Part shown: positions 26,634 to 39,530 of the stretch, piece after piece
How the letters are laid out: every line of letters begins with the position of its first letter
Position numbering within the stretch: the stretch's first letter is position 1
Source of the DNA: Bigelowiella natans CCMP2755
Taxonomy: Eukaryota > Protista > Cercozoa
DNA length: 64,000 nucleotides
Reading direction: 5' to 3'
Assembly: GCA_000320545.1 (NCBI GenBank)
Contig: ADNK01002106.1
Location: 45,169 to 109,168, forward strand
Program-made: the position numbers and the translations under genes
The notes under the pieces: model-generated
Told to the model about the DNA's origin: nothing
The model's database searches: none
The model's input: only the letters and a program-made list of their open reading frames with translations

Positions 26634-27489
26634 TGCACGCACGCACGCACCACGCACAATATTGCCCCCAATTGTAACCCTTACCCTAAATAATCGATGG
26701 CACCAAAAGCTTGTTGGGCTGAACATCCCTGCGGAGCCTGTGGAGTTGGCAAAGCGGCTCGTGCCCATTGGAAGCCTCTACAACGATAGGTATGGAAGGA
26801 GGGAGGAAATTGAGGATGTGATCGAGGGGGCTGTTGTTCGGCCTAGGGGCCTAAAGATCCTTGTCGGGACGATGTGCACGATCATTGATGATGTTCAGCG
26901 TTCGTCTCGAAAGTTTGAGATCGTTCATCATACCATTGTGAGCTAAAATGATGACATTAGTCTTCGTTTTCTTTCAAAACAAATTCACGATTACTAGCTA
27001 CTATTTTGCCGAGTGAGGGCAATGAGGGCAACGTTGATTATTTTACAGCTCTGCAACAGTACCTCACCATCAATATGCGTATTTGAATACAGCTTCGATA
27101 CCGGGTTCACTACGGCGAGGCCGGATCACCCCGGCCAGAAGATTCTCGGGATGCACAATGAGAGCGAGTACTTCCAAGAGCTCACCAATGCTGGAGGGCC
27201 TGCTTTGGATATGGAGCTGCGCCAGAAGATGGAAGAAGAAGAGGAACAAGAGAGGATAAAGGAGGAAGAGGAAATGAGGCACAGAAGACTAATAGCTGAA
27301 GATGGTGGTAACTTAGCGAATCAGAATGACGAAAAGAGTGAAGAGGTGTACGCGGGGGGGTATGATGGCGGCGAGATGATGGATCTTGAAGATTTTGCCC
27401 GGAGTCCAGCAACGGGGGGAGAGACGATGCCGGCACGGCCAACCAGTAGTGCCTGGGACCAGAGTCCTGCTGATGTCCTCGGAGGATGA
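24505..27489 (+). CDS. Pentatricopeptide-repeat (PPR) protein with a hydrophobic N-terminal signal; apparent 1-nt frameshift near 24891
   Basis: Repeated ~35-aa PPR-like units (YNLYIVGLAACERESLWESSLDLLGQMQRKNL; ITYNGALLAMRKGVHWECAEQLVEWMRADGINPD; ETYNQGLRLLARNGQWQIGLDLLREM). Exons about 24505-25759, 25947-26459, 26710-26937 and 27049-27489. Confidence 0.8.
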
Positions 27490-28490
27490 TAGCAAAGTGT
27501 GATGCATGATCATCTGCGAATGCAACTTATCGCATTGCATGTGATGGGGGTGATAAACGCTAATAAGTACTCTTATTGGACCGATGTGCATTTCATGCAG
27601 GTCGTCTATATATTGAATCTATGTTGCCATATGCATAGCGGATATGGTTAGACATGTGCTCTCATCCTGTTGTGCATGGGAATCAAAGCTCAAATTGTTC
27701 TTCAGCATTGGAAACGGACATTAATGTGCTGTCGTGTGCTTTTGCATGTATGTACTCATGGACGTTTATGCATCTTTGTCTTTCCTGTCCCGATGTCTCG
27801 TCAGACAAAACAAACATGTACATGGATTGATTGTCCATGCGGCACATCGCTCGTGGCCACATTTTTGCTGCGGTGTAATAGACACAAGAACTCCAACCAT
27901 ATGCCAGCGATCCTAGCAGCGTTGCATAGTACTCCCCGAGATATTTTCGTTTTATTTGCACACGCTACGTACAGCTGCGATGCGATGCACACAGCCACGG
28001 TCATGCGTGTAATTGTGTGTGTTGTGAGCTCATTGAGGAACACATCGAGCCACATCCATGTGACGGCACACACATGTCAGCATGCTTCTAGCTGGATGCA
28101 TATTCCAATGATAGACATGCAATATATAGTATATTGCTGTGTCAATATATAACATATATAATATATATAATATATTGCTGTGTCTATTATTCCATCGCAT
28201 CAGAGCATAGCAGCTATCATTATACGCAGGAGTGACAAAAATTAAAATCATGAAGTAAGGACGCACTGCGAAGCTTTGTCCTATATGAGTGCACATGATG
28301 ACATGCCTAGTTCAGATTCCGACAATGTACGTATTGCTACACAACAAGCTTGCATGCTGGCATGAGTGACGTGACAGTGCCAACTAGCCAAGAGAAGTAC
28401 ATGTGTCGTGTCATGTCGGAAGAGCATACTATTTGCCTAAGACAGTGGGTCAACCCTCACACATACTAACTTCCTATAGGGCTCTAGGCT

Positions 28491-29351
28491 TCATGTCCAC
28501 TTTCTACACCGTATGCTGTATCGTGGACGCCGAAATGCATCGATCAATGGCATGCGTAGTTTCTGGAACGAAAATTCGAGGAGAGCGTAGAAAAACTGCA
28601 AGTTGAAGATCAGGTCTAAAGACACAATCAAAACATCGTAACTTGAATCACTGTCTTTCTGGGCTTTCTTGTTCTGCTTGTAATACACCCATAGGTAGAA
28701 CACCGCATCAATCGCAGCATTTGCAAAATGACTGATGTTCATGATCCTCATTCGCATGCAACTCAGTTGAAGATTGCATCGGTAGTTGAGAAGATAGCAA
28801 AACGTTATGGCCGTGCTATCATAGAGAATGTCGTAGAACATATTTTGGAGATCTAAGTTAATCGTTGTGTTCAGCATTAAGTCAAAGATCCATACGAGAA
28901 CACATGCTCGCCCTACGTCAGATGTCAAGAAGTCCACCACGCGGTCGAAGAGAGACTGGTCTTCATATTCGCTCTGGGACGTAGTGATATATAGATTGAA
29001 CGTGCACAACATATATGATGCTAATATTGGCCAATAGATCCAATGGAACTTCAAGTCTTTTTCATCTTCATGGCCGAAGTGCACTACGGTCAATAGGTTG
29101 ATCAACGGTAGACTCAAGGCAATGAGCATGAAGTAGGCATTTTTTACAATGCCTTTCCAAAGCGGAGGGAGATATTCAGATGATGACTTCTGTAATCTTT
29201 CTTCACCTGTAACAAATTCTTCGTTACACGCCTCAATGTCTCCTATTCCGATCTTGTCGGGGCCATACGAGCCGGAGTTTTCCTTCCCACCTAAAATGTG
29301 GGTCTTATCTTGAGACGCAAACGAGGAAGTGGACTTCTTATCTAAGCTCAT
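28491..29351 (-). CDS. Intronless multipass membrane protein, unknown function
   Basis: 286-aa ATG-started ORF with no microsatellites: about 65-aa hydrophilic N-terminus, then 5-6 hydrophobic segments. Confidence 0.65.
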   Translation of the reverse strand: MSLDKKSTSSFASQDKTHILGGKENSGSYGPDKIGIGDIEACNEEFVTGEERLQKSSSEYLPPLWKGIVKNAYFMLIALSLPLINLLTVVHFGHEDEKDLKFHWIYWPILASYMLCTFNLYITTSQSEYEDQSLFDRVVDFLTSDVGRACVLVWIFDLMLNTTINLDLQNMFYDILYDSTAITFCYLLNYRCNLQLSCMRMRIMNISHFANAAIDAVFYLWVYYKQNKKAQKDSDSSYDVLIVSLDLIFNLQFFYALLEFSFQKLRMPLIDAFRRPRYSIRCRKWT

Positions 29352-29420
29352 CCGAGGGTGGATCTACGAAGGCGAAAGCTGGAGAGAGTATCAAGGGCCC
29401 AAAGAGGCTGAATGAATATT

Positions 29421-29509
29421 GACACTGGGAGGTTGATTGGATCACTCAACTTCCGGAAGTTGATTGGATCAGTCAACTTCCCGGTCAACTATCCAGTGTC
29501 GACACTGGA
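29421..29509. repeat. Nested palindrome / direct-repeat cluster upstream of the 29351 start codon
   Basis: Two copies of GTTGATTGGATCA(C/G)TCAACTTCC, a perfect palindrome TCAACTTCCGGAAGTTGA, flanking inverted repeats GACACTGG...CCAGTGTC, and a second palindrome TCCAGTGTCGACACTGGA. Confidence 0.8.
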
Positions 29510-30133
29510 AGAGAAAAATGTAATTGTGAGCATTGAGGCATCGTAAGGAAATCCTGGACGGAGCTGAGACGACAGGAAACATCTTGTCGCTGTGAGAAAG
29601 TCACATCGACCTTCAAATTAGAGACAGTGTGAGAAGAAGAGATGAAACAGATGAACACAAGGAAAACTGACACCCGGCTTCCAACATGAAGGTCGGATGA
29701 AGTCCACCTTTTCCACCTTTATTCCCCGGGCAGCAAATGATGTCATGAGAATGACCGAAATGTGGACTCTGCAAGCAAGCGATCTCATTGCATGTAGTGC
29801 TGGGCCATGGCTAGCATGCGACAAGCTCGCCATGCTTGATTGGGGTTTGGAGGCAGTAATTCGGCAATGAACTCCCGACAAAAAATAATCCTTGGAATTT
29901 CAGATTAAGCTCCGAGTCACACCGACGGTTAAGTCTCCAAAATTGCTTACTTTTCCCCTTAACCATGGCTACCGAAGGCTTTTTTGTCACGATTTTGCCA
30001 GAAATAAACAACACCGCAAACAAAATGGAAATCTTAAAAATATAGAGTCAATCGTTGCTTCTCGTAACTCCTCTACACGTACAGTAACTCCTATGGATTG
30101 TTGTGTGTATTCGACTCCCCTTAACCAATAGCT

Positions 30134-31561
30134 ATGGGAGGAGCAAGCTGTGCAGGCTGGTAATTTAATATTAGAGAGAACGGGAGGACTAATTGTATGG
30201 GAGCAGTGAACTGCAGCCAGGAAATCTGCATTACCTAATTTTATTAACAATGTATTCTTCTTGGCAGGATATGCATTTTGTTTGCTCTTCTTGAAACTTG
30301 CTTGGGCTGTGGTTGTGGAGGAGGGGGAGGAGGGTCGAATACTGCTCCTCAGGTTGTAACAACCCAGTATGATTACCAAGCTATAAAAGACATTGAAATC
30401 ACGTGTTTCTCGCAGGACTGTCCTTTAGGAACCGGCACCTCTTGGACTGTGATCTGCAAGAATGGAACGGTGCCGACTTCCGCAAACAACTATTGCATGT
30501 ACAGCAACGCAAATACTTTCATCTCCGATTCATCCCTCAACATCGTGATGAACAACTGCCCGGATCACGTCAACAACGCTGGTGTTGTACGTGCTCCTAC
30601 GGCGATGATCATCAAGACATCGATCGTGGAGCTCTCCCTCCTCTTCGTGACCCTTAACTACTCAGTCGCGACTCAGAGTGTGGGTCATCAACAAGAGTTA
30701 AAGCTAAATATCACCAATCATATCTCTATCTTGGCAAGTAAGTAAAGGGAGAGATAAGTATAATGATAATGAACGCATGGGTGCATGTGTGTATTGTGTG
30801 TTTGTGCATGCGTGCATGGGAGTATGTGCGATGTTCTTCACGCATGTAATACATATATACTAATCATGAAAACAGACACATCCATGGACGCCATAAGCGT
30901 CGTATCGTTCTCGGCAGCTTCTGGGAGCCAGAAGACCGTCGTTGTTATTGATGTTACTTTCTCCGGCAACTCCAGCGCAAGCTCCGCAACGTCTTTTGTT
31001 TCTGGCCTTCCCCCCCATCACACGTTCGGAGGCTATGGAGTTGCAAACATATCCGCTCCTTCTCAATCCTGTTGGGGCTCCCTGAAGTGTCATCTGAAAA
31101 CGGGAAATAGTTGCGGATGTTGTAGTGGCTGTTGCAGCAGTGGGTGCTGCTCATCTTCCTCTTCGGGAGGGTGTTCATCCTCATCATCAGGATGCTCGAG
31201 TAGTTGGAGCTCCAGCAGTTGCTGCTCTTCCGGTGGCTCCTGTTCCTCGACCAACAGCTCAACCTCTGGCGGATGCTGTTCCTCCTCATCGGGATGCTCA
31301 TCTTCAGGATGTTGCTCTAGTTCCTGCTGTAGCGGATGCTCATCTTCAGGATGTTGCTCTAGTTCCTGTTGTAGCGGATGCTCATCTTCAGGGGGTAACT
31401 GTTATTCATGCGGAGATAGATAGATGCTTTAGTTACTGAATAATTTAGGAGGCACTTGGAGGCATACCCACACGCGTACATAGTATATATGCATATATTT
31501 GAATGTATGCATGTGCTAGTTTGTTTGTCTGTGTCTGTGCTTGTGGCAAGTGTGAGTGTGT

Positions 31562-31604
<43 letters not shown>

Positions 31605-32042
31605 GCTGCACGCGTTACTGATACGTCGACGACGTGTATCGTTTCATATCTAGGGTGCTGCTCTCTGGGAACCTACGATCCGAGCTACCATAGCTTGTAT
31701 GCAAAAATCCCAGCAATACCAGCGATTGACGACTCTACTTCAAGCATCGTGCTTCTCAATGGACACCAGCCCGTGGGGGTAAGTGCTAACTAAGAAATCG
31801 CGTAGAATATCGCGACATTAACGTCTTCATCATCCATCCTCACACGCAGCACTGCCGTTGTCATCACGGTCACAACCATCATCACCATCAGTGTCAAATT
31901 CATCAGGTGAGTGTCAGCGGCATCATGATCGAGACCGCACAGGTGATGACGAAGGTCTTCGACTCGTGCATGGGCCACGTCGATGCACAGCACGCCTACC
32001 ACTACCATCTCCCACCTGTGTGCCTCTTCTCTCAGCTAGGTT

Positions 32043-32087
<45 letters not shown>

Positions 32088-33264
32088 AACACAACGCTAA
32101 TTATTATTATTATTTATTATTATTTGTATGGTGGCATGAGGATAGTGTATGAATTCATATTCAGGCATCCCTACCCCTGCGAACACAAGCTACTGGCTCG
32201 ATGAGCAGCCAAATCGATACGCTACCTATTGGAATGCAACAGCTGACCCATCGCCAATTGTCGGATACGCACTCGATGGCTTCCCTATCATGGGTCCTTA
32301 CGATTCAAACGGAACCCTAGTGCTCGGCTCTGATACTCCAGGTAGTGGTTGATAATGACAGCGTCGTAATATAATACATTCCTTTTTCTCTTTCTCCTTT
32401 CATTTTCCACCCCCTTTTTCAACCCTGAGGCGGTCTTGTTCCCGACTTACTTCCAACCGTATTACTTACAGGGAGTAGCCTCGATTTGTGCAATGGGAAG
32501 CAGACGCCGGACGGTTACCGGTATTTCTGGACACCAACGCCGCCCTTCGTGCCCCGATGCTTCAAAGGGAAGAAGGGTGCGCTCACCCTGCAAATGACTG
32601 GCCAAAAGTGCCCGGCAGGGGGGACCGAGAACAGATATCTGTGAGTTATTTTGAGAGAATGAACATTTGAGCATCGTGATGATGATAATGATGATAATGA
32701 TGGTTGACAAAATGCTAAATTTAAAATGCACATATTCTTTTTCTACAAATATTTGGAAATGATGCATGTATGATGTGTGTGTGTGTGTGTGTGTGTGTCT
32801 ACATGTGTATTGATCAGATACAATACGACGGCATTAACGACTAGCATGGCTGCAAGCGGAAAGACCCTTTTCAGTGGCTCTTGTGCGACGACAAGCGAGA
32901 ACTTCATGTTTCTCTTCCGGACCGTACCCCCTCTCGACTCTCTGCGATGGCAGATCTTTGCATATCTTTTCGGCATCGTGATGTTGTTGCAAGCCGCTAC
33001 CGCCATATACTACATGGTGCGTGGACGTAAGATTCGCTGGAGGCTGATAGTTGGAGCTTTTGTGACAGTTGCTACTCTCAGCCGGGTTCTCTTCTATTTC
33101 ATTGATCCGTTCTACACGCGACGGGTCCTGCCACAGCATCTCGTTGGCGTGCTCTACGGCCTGATGTATCCGAGCATCAATCTATGCCTAGCGGTAGTAA
33201 ACTAACGAATGCTATCAAGTGGTGGGAGAAAAGCGGGACCCACTCCTTTTTCCTCCATACCTGC

Positions 33265-33304
<40 letters not shown>

Positions 33305-34116
33305 CTTTTAGCTTCTCACAATTTCATATCATACTCGTTTCTTCTGTTTTGCTGTTCATCCGCTACCAGATAATGCTGCTTAATATCATTGAGGTGATGT
33401 TGAGCATCATCGAGTCAGCGAAAAAGCTCAGTGCCGCCAAGAAGATCAAGGAATTTCTGCCTCGCACACGATGGGGGTTCTTCGTGTTCGCATTCCTCGA
33501 ATTTACAACGCAGATCACAGCAGACTTAATGCGCGCAGAGGGCGTCGAATCTCCCGTGCTGATCATCTGCCAAGTTTACTTCATTGGGTTTGGGCTATTT
33601 CTTGCGTGCGGTTACTTGTGGTTCAGAGCCACCGTGCAATCCGAATCGATGCAGTCCATTCGCCCGAAGCTGGCGGAGCTCGAACAACTAGCCACTTTCA
33701 TTGGCGTCTTCAGCGTGATCTTCACGGTCATCAGCATAATTTCGATCATGACCGCGCTCTTGATGAATCTCGATGACGATTCGTACTTTATCTTAATGCT
33801 GTTGAAGCAGCTGGTTTCCTGCACTATTATCCAATCAATGCTGTACTCGATCCGCTCCTCTAACCAACAAACCAAGAAAGGTCATCACCGTAGGCCTAGC
33901 CAGAGAAGGGCGGCTTCGAATATCAACAGTAGTCATGGGAGCACATCGGCGGCAGGGATCAATATTTTCTCTCGAATCAGCCGTGCGTTCAGATCCCGCG
34001 GCGAATCTGTGCGTCTTGGACGAGTCGACGGACTGGTCACGACAGGTCTAGGAAAGACACAAAATCATGCGGCTCCATCAAGCAGAAAGGCAAGCGAGGT
34101 TAAGTCGATGCCATAG
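30134..34116 (+). CDS. Signal peptide + YHYH-like domain with Cys/Ser/Gly-rich insert + 7TM domain (copy A, short C-tail)
   Basis: Exon 1 (30134..30159) plus exon 2 (from 30268) give MGGASCAGWICILFALLETCLG. YHYH-family motifs: NNCPDH, KIPAIP, PVGVSVSGIMI, DSCMGH..HAYHYH, SPIVGYALDGFPIMGPY, LDLCNG, PRCFKG. Seven hydrophobic helices lie in the last two exons. Confidence 0.82.
30145..34045 (+). repeat. Left arm of a 3.9-kb inverted segmental duplication (partner 48210-52114)
   Basis: Exons and introns are reverse-complement identical apart from a handful of SNPs and (TG)n length changes; the ORF track shows mirrored ORFs. Confidence 0.97.
31292..31390 (+). repeat. Coding 42-bp tandem repeat (GCSSSGCCSSSCCS), about 2.3 copies
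   Basis: ggatgctcatcttcaggatgttgctctagttcctg(c/t)tgtagc occurs twice, followed by a partial third copy. Confidence 0.9.
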
Positions 34117-35689
34117 CGGCCGGTCCTCTTGCATCCACAATGTCGCCCTTCAGCAGGTGCACGATGGAAAAAGAACATGAGTGTTCAACAGCCAGAGGGG
34201 GCAAATTTAGAACCCTCTCATCGGCAAAGGTTCGCAGAAGTGATCGTTCTTCATCGAAGTCAAGATGAAGAAGCATCAGCAGACGGAAAGAACAGTCCCC
34301 AATTCAACTACAGAATTAGGCAGTTTCAATGTGTGACATTATTTAGAATCGTAAATGCACTGAGGTTGTGATCTCAGCCTCACTGCACGTCCACACGAAA
34401 TGCCATACATCTTTATAGCGGTTGGAACCTAGGACACCTTCATTTTTTCCATTCATATCCAAACATGCTCTCCTAAAAATGCATGCGCACATGCGCAAGG
34501 TTGACACCAGCGCGCACCTGTACAAATCATGCCAAGCACACAGCAGCATGTCAAGCAACTGGTTTTCATCGCTGCAGCACACACATGGCAAAACAAATTG
34601 TTCTTTGATTCACCCACACACGTGCGTATCATGGACGCAGTGATGTTGTGTGTACATGACATGCACACTACTAGGACATTGCTAGATTGTGCGAGCATTG
34701 CACAGCTACATGTGCATGATGCATGACTGAAGTAAAAGAAGATGACTTCAATTCTTCTTTGAATAACATGCACGCGCAATCATTTTGACAAAAACATGTG
34801 CTGCGTGCCTGTGAATTTTGCCATGTCATTCTAGCAATTTAATTCAACAGTATCGTACGTGGACCCGATTGAGGTAGGCAAATATACAAAATTTTAGGTT
34901 GTGATTTTTTGGGTTGTTCCCTACCAAGCTAGCAAGAGCAGTAAAAAATTTGAAATTTGAAACAGGGATCAGGCATGTGTGCTGCTCTAGTGCTGCATGC
35001 GCATGCGCTGTCGCTGTGCTTCGACTGACGCGCGCAATGAGCATGAAAATGCATATAAGACAGCAACGCATCATTGCACTAATGATAGAGCCTGCTACAA
35101 CCATTCCAACGGTGCTGCATGGAGTCGATGTCTGCACACAACATCGTTCATTGTGCTTGACAGAACGATGAGTTCCTCTACGGCGTGTACTTAGCACCAT
35201 CGCAACACTCCTCCTCTGTCTGCACCGACCTCCTCATTCATTCTTCATTTCTGCATTTTGTTTCTCGAAAAAAAAATAAAGGCAGAAGCAAATCCATGTA
35301 CAGCTGCAATGCTTTACAACCCGTGACTTGTAGCTAACATGCGCGGCACTTCCTTTCGCAGGTGATTTTGTAGCTGCTTTTCCATGGGTTGTAGCTGCGC
35401 AAATGCGCATCAGCACTCGGTGCTACTGACCCGCACTGAGACACGTGATTCGCGTGAGCAATCCCCCAGCTTCCTTCGATTACTTCTCTATCGTCGGTTT
35501 ATCCTTATCTAAGAGGAGGAGATACAATTATTATTAATATGTAAATTGATTGTTGATGAGGAAAAGGGTCGTCGTAGTTTGTACATAATACCATCATCGT
35601 CGCCCTTAGCTTCCACGTTCCGTTCGTACATCTAGTAGGAGGGGGCGACGCAGAACAAATAAACGCACGTCTTCATCAACAAGCGTCTT

Positions 35690-35900
35690 CAATGAATGAA
35701 CGAATGAATGAAATCTCGAATGGATTGGTTGCGGACCTTCGCTCCCAAACAACACGCGTGAGCACGCACAGTACATGAACACAGCAAAAGATGCACATCA
35801 CATCACACTGAATGAATGTCCACAACTGTCACAATATCATCTCCTCCGTCCTCATCTGTGCTGTTCTCAATTTCCATCATCACCATCGTCATCACCACCG

Positions 35901-35934
<34 letters not shown>

Positions 35935-37211
35935 ATCGTGATCATCGGAACAAACGTCTTACATCAGCATCCAACTGCGTCAGCGTCGGCAGAGCGTTCA
36001 GAACCTAGAAGGTGGTGATGGTGGTGTGATGGCTTCGTGTTTTGGCCTCACAGGTACTATTCCCAAGGCAATGAGTCCATCCAAAATAGATATCGCCAAG
36101 ATTCGTTTTGCATGACGCTAATGCGATCAACGCTTGCCCAGTTGTTGAAACGCCGATGATGGTTGTATCCTCCTCCTCCTCCTCCTCCTCCTCCTCAAGC
36201 CCCCCTCACCTCCTTCCTGCTGCTGCTTCTTCATGTAACTACTATTACTACGACTACTACCTTATTCTCGTAGTCGGGGTCCTTTGACAGAGGATTTTGC
36301 TCTAAATATATCGTTTTCAATTCCCTTGCCTTCGGGATGTACAGAAGGGGGGGGGGGGGGAAGATGATAAAAGTGAGGGGGAAAGAGCAGGAAAACGCGT
36401 TTTCATCAGGCTTTCAATCACACTATGTGCACGTGTGCGCGCGCGCGCGCGCACATACTTTTAATAGGACTTATGATATAATGCCATATTGAAGAGGTGC
36501 CTGGTGCTGACCTTTATTTGTTTCAAATTTTCAAAATCGGTGAGGAAGTTGTTGTTCATCCAAAGCTCTTCCAGCTCAACCTTGTTTGTTGTTAGGGAGA
36601 GGCATGCAGGAGCAGCAAAAGGGGGGGGGGGAGAGGAGGAGGAGGAGAAGGAGGAGGAGGGAGGGAGAGAAAGATGTAGCGTCAGGCGTATCAAATGAAA
36701 ATATCGCCTATACACACAACGATGATATACGTCTACCCACCAGAGCTTCGATGTTTTCAATTTTCTTTATCTGATTCCCCCCAAGATCCAACACCTATCG
36801 TGAACACAGAGCAGCAACAACATGCTCAATAAGCACTACTAGGTGCGTGCCATCATATCATCGAGATGGCGTCTCGTCATCATTTCTAGTGGATATTATT
36901 ATGCCAAGGGTGAAAGGGTTAGAAGAGAGCGACAAGTCATTCATCTCAATGCTGCTCTATAGTCCTCGCCAGGGAGGCATAAGGTAGCGCCAAGATGCAA
37001 GAAAGAAGAAGAATGTCTGCAAACAAATTCACCACCACTAGCACTGCCGACACCACCACCACTATCCTCTTATTTTTCTTATTCGTCATCATCATCATCA
37101 TCATCATCATTATCATCGTCGTCGTCGTCGTCATTATCATCGGTTAGAACAACTTTAAGTTGAGGAATAGCATCGAATCCTTCCATGCGCTGGATCCCTG
37201 TACACACAAAT

Positions 37212-37268
<57 letters not shown>

Positions 37269-37436
37269 ATACGCAGCATATTAGGTACTACTACCACCAC
37301 TACTACTACTACGACTACTTAAAGATACGGTGAACATGCTGCTGCTGTAATGTAGTATCTGTGATTCTCCAGGAACAACCGTTATGTGACAGGTAGAGCT
37401 CCTGTAGCATCGGTAATCCTTTCAGCCCGTCACCTG

Positions 37437-37483
<47 letters not shown>

Positions 37484-37836
37484 CATATTTGTACGTGTTT
37501 TATACTTTAACTTTCACACATTTTGTTGTTGTGTGTGGGTGTAACCAGTGTAGTACCAGCAACAAAGATGCATTGAGTTTGCCGTTCATAAGGCACGATG
37601 CATTGGTTAATTGGTTGATTGGGTGGTGTGCGACAAAAAAAGCAAGTAAACCACCGATTGTGACGACACGGTTGCTTTGCATGCTGAGCTTTTCTAAGCT
37701 CTTCAGTTCAAGTCCCTTTAGCTCCGTTATCTGCATGTGAGGGGGCAGCAGCAGCAGCAGCAGCAGGAGGAGGAGGAGGGGGAGGAAGAGGAGGAGGAGT
37801 AACAGCAGCAAGCCTAGCTTAACATCTCTTCCCTCA

Positions 37837-37872
<36 letters not shown>

Positions 37873-38507
37873 TCAAACTTATGCTCATGCCATCGCCACC
37901 GTCAAGGTCGTCATTATCATCGTCATCATCGTCTTCACCATCACCGAGATGCCGATAATTATAAAAGTGCATTACATATATAATATCGTATGTAAATTGT
38001 ATGTGTGCAGCTACAGCACTTAGCACAGTGCACGGCATCCAACCTTGTTGCGCCCGATGAATAGCTCCTTTAGATTCTGCAAGCATGAGGTGCGTTGTGT
38101 GAGTGAGTGAGTGTGTGTGTGTGTGTGTGTGTGTGCATGCATCGACCAACATGATGTGTTTGTTCCACTTGGAAAGGGGTACGACCCTTCTCCGAAAGAG
38201 AAAGAGATAACGAGAGAGAGAGAGAGAGAGAGAGGGGAGGGGAGAGAGAGTAGGGGCGGGGGGGGGGGGGGACACGGAGAAAGGGGAAAGAGTCACATCA
38301 TCATCTAAGAAAGCACTGCCGCTTGGAGATATTCCCTATTTTCCGCAGTCGGTTCGATCATGATCAGCAGGGAGGAAAGGAGATTTTACTCGATAGGTAG
38401 AGAGAGGAAGAAGAGAAGAAAGAGAGGAAGAGGACGGGTGGACATCATGTCGTCATCATCATCATTATCATCCTCATCATCGTTGTGCTGTTGCTTTGTT
38501 GTATATG

Positions 38508-38544
<37 letters not shown>

Positions 38545-39485
38545 TACTACAACTGATGAATAATACTAATACCAAGCTCAAGCATCTCGAGGTGCTTCAG
38601 GCTGTCTAGGCCCTCAATCGTGGTGATTTTGTTCTGGCAATAGCAGCAGCAGCAGTAGTTGAGATTACGATGACGATGTTGATGATGATGATAGTTGAAA
38701 TAATGATGGTTATGATTCTGTAAAATGCTTGTTGTTGTTGTTGTTGTTATTGTTGTTGTTGTAGTGTAGTTGTTCGAATGGTCATGCTGAGGGTAGGGTA
38801 GTAGAGCGACAGAAACCAAGCAATGGTGACCTCTAGCAAACATCAATTTCTCGGTCACGTATAATATCAATAGTTGGTGCGGGGGTCATATCTGCTGCTG
38901 CTGCTGCTGCTACTACTACTACAACTTCATCGTATAACAACAATAATGATACTTACAGCGATCAGATACAGATGAGTCAACGTGTCCTGGAGAGACGACA
39001 GATTTTCGATCTTTCGGATCTTTATGGGGAAGGGGGGTGGGTGGGGAAGGGGTAATATAGAGTCTTAGTTGTCACAAAAACAGTGCATTTGGTTACGTGA
39101 TGATGTTTTGCCTAATTAGAGAGAGGGAGGGAGGGAGAGAGAGAGAGGCAGAGAGAAGCAGAGAGGGAGAACAGAGGGAGGGAAAGAGGGAGACCTCTAT
39201 CCGTCTCCCTCCTCCTCTTCCTCTTCCCAAATATTTTCTTCTCTTTTGGAGAGGAAGAGAATAGAAGTAATTACTGCTACCTCATTGAACGACAAGTCCA
39301 GCGATGTCAGAGCAGGGCATTCATCCAAACCGTCTATCTTCGAGATCTTGTTCTCGTATCTTATTGTGTTGTTGCATGGGGAGGAGACAGACAACCAGTG
39401 GACATTGATATTTGCGGCGCGTAGTGTGCATAGTGTTCAGAGTACACGGATGATGCATCAACATTATGTTAGACATCAATATGTT

Positions 39486-39530
<45 letters not shown>

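Noticed and set aside
29432-29490. CRISPR-like repeat
   Set aside because: Only two units, no unique spacers, no cas genes, eukaryotic context.
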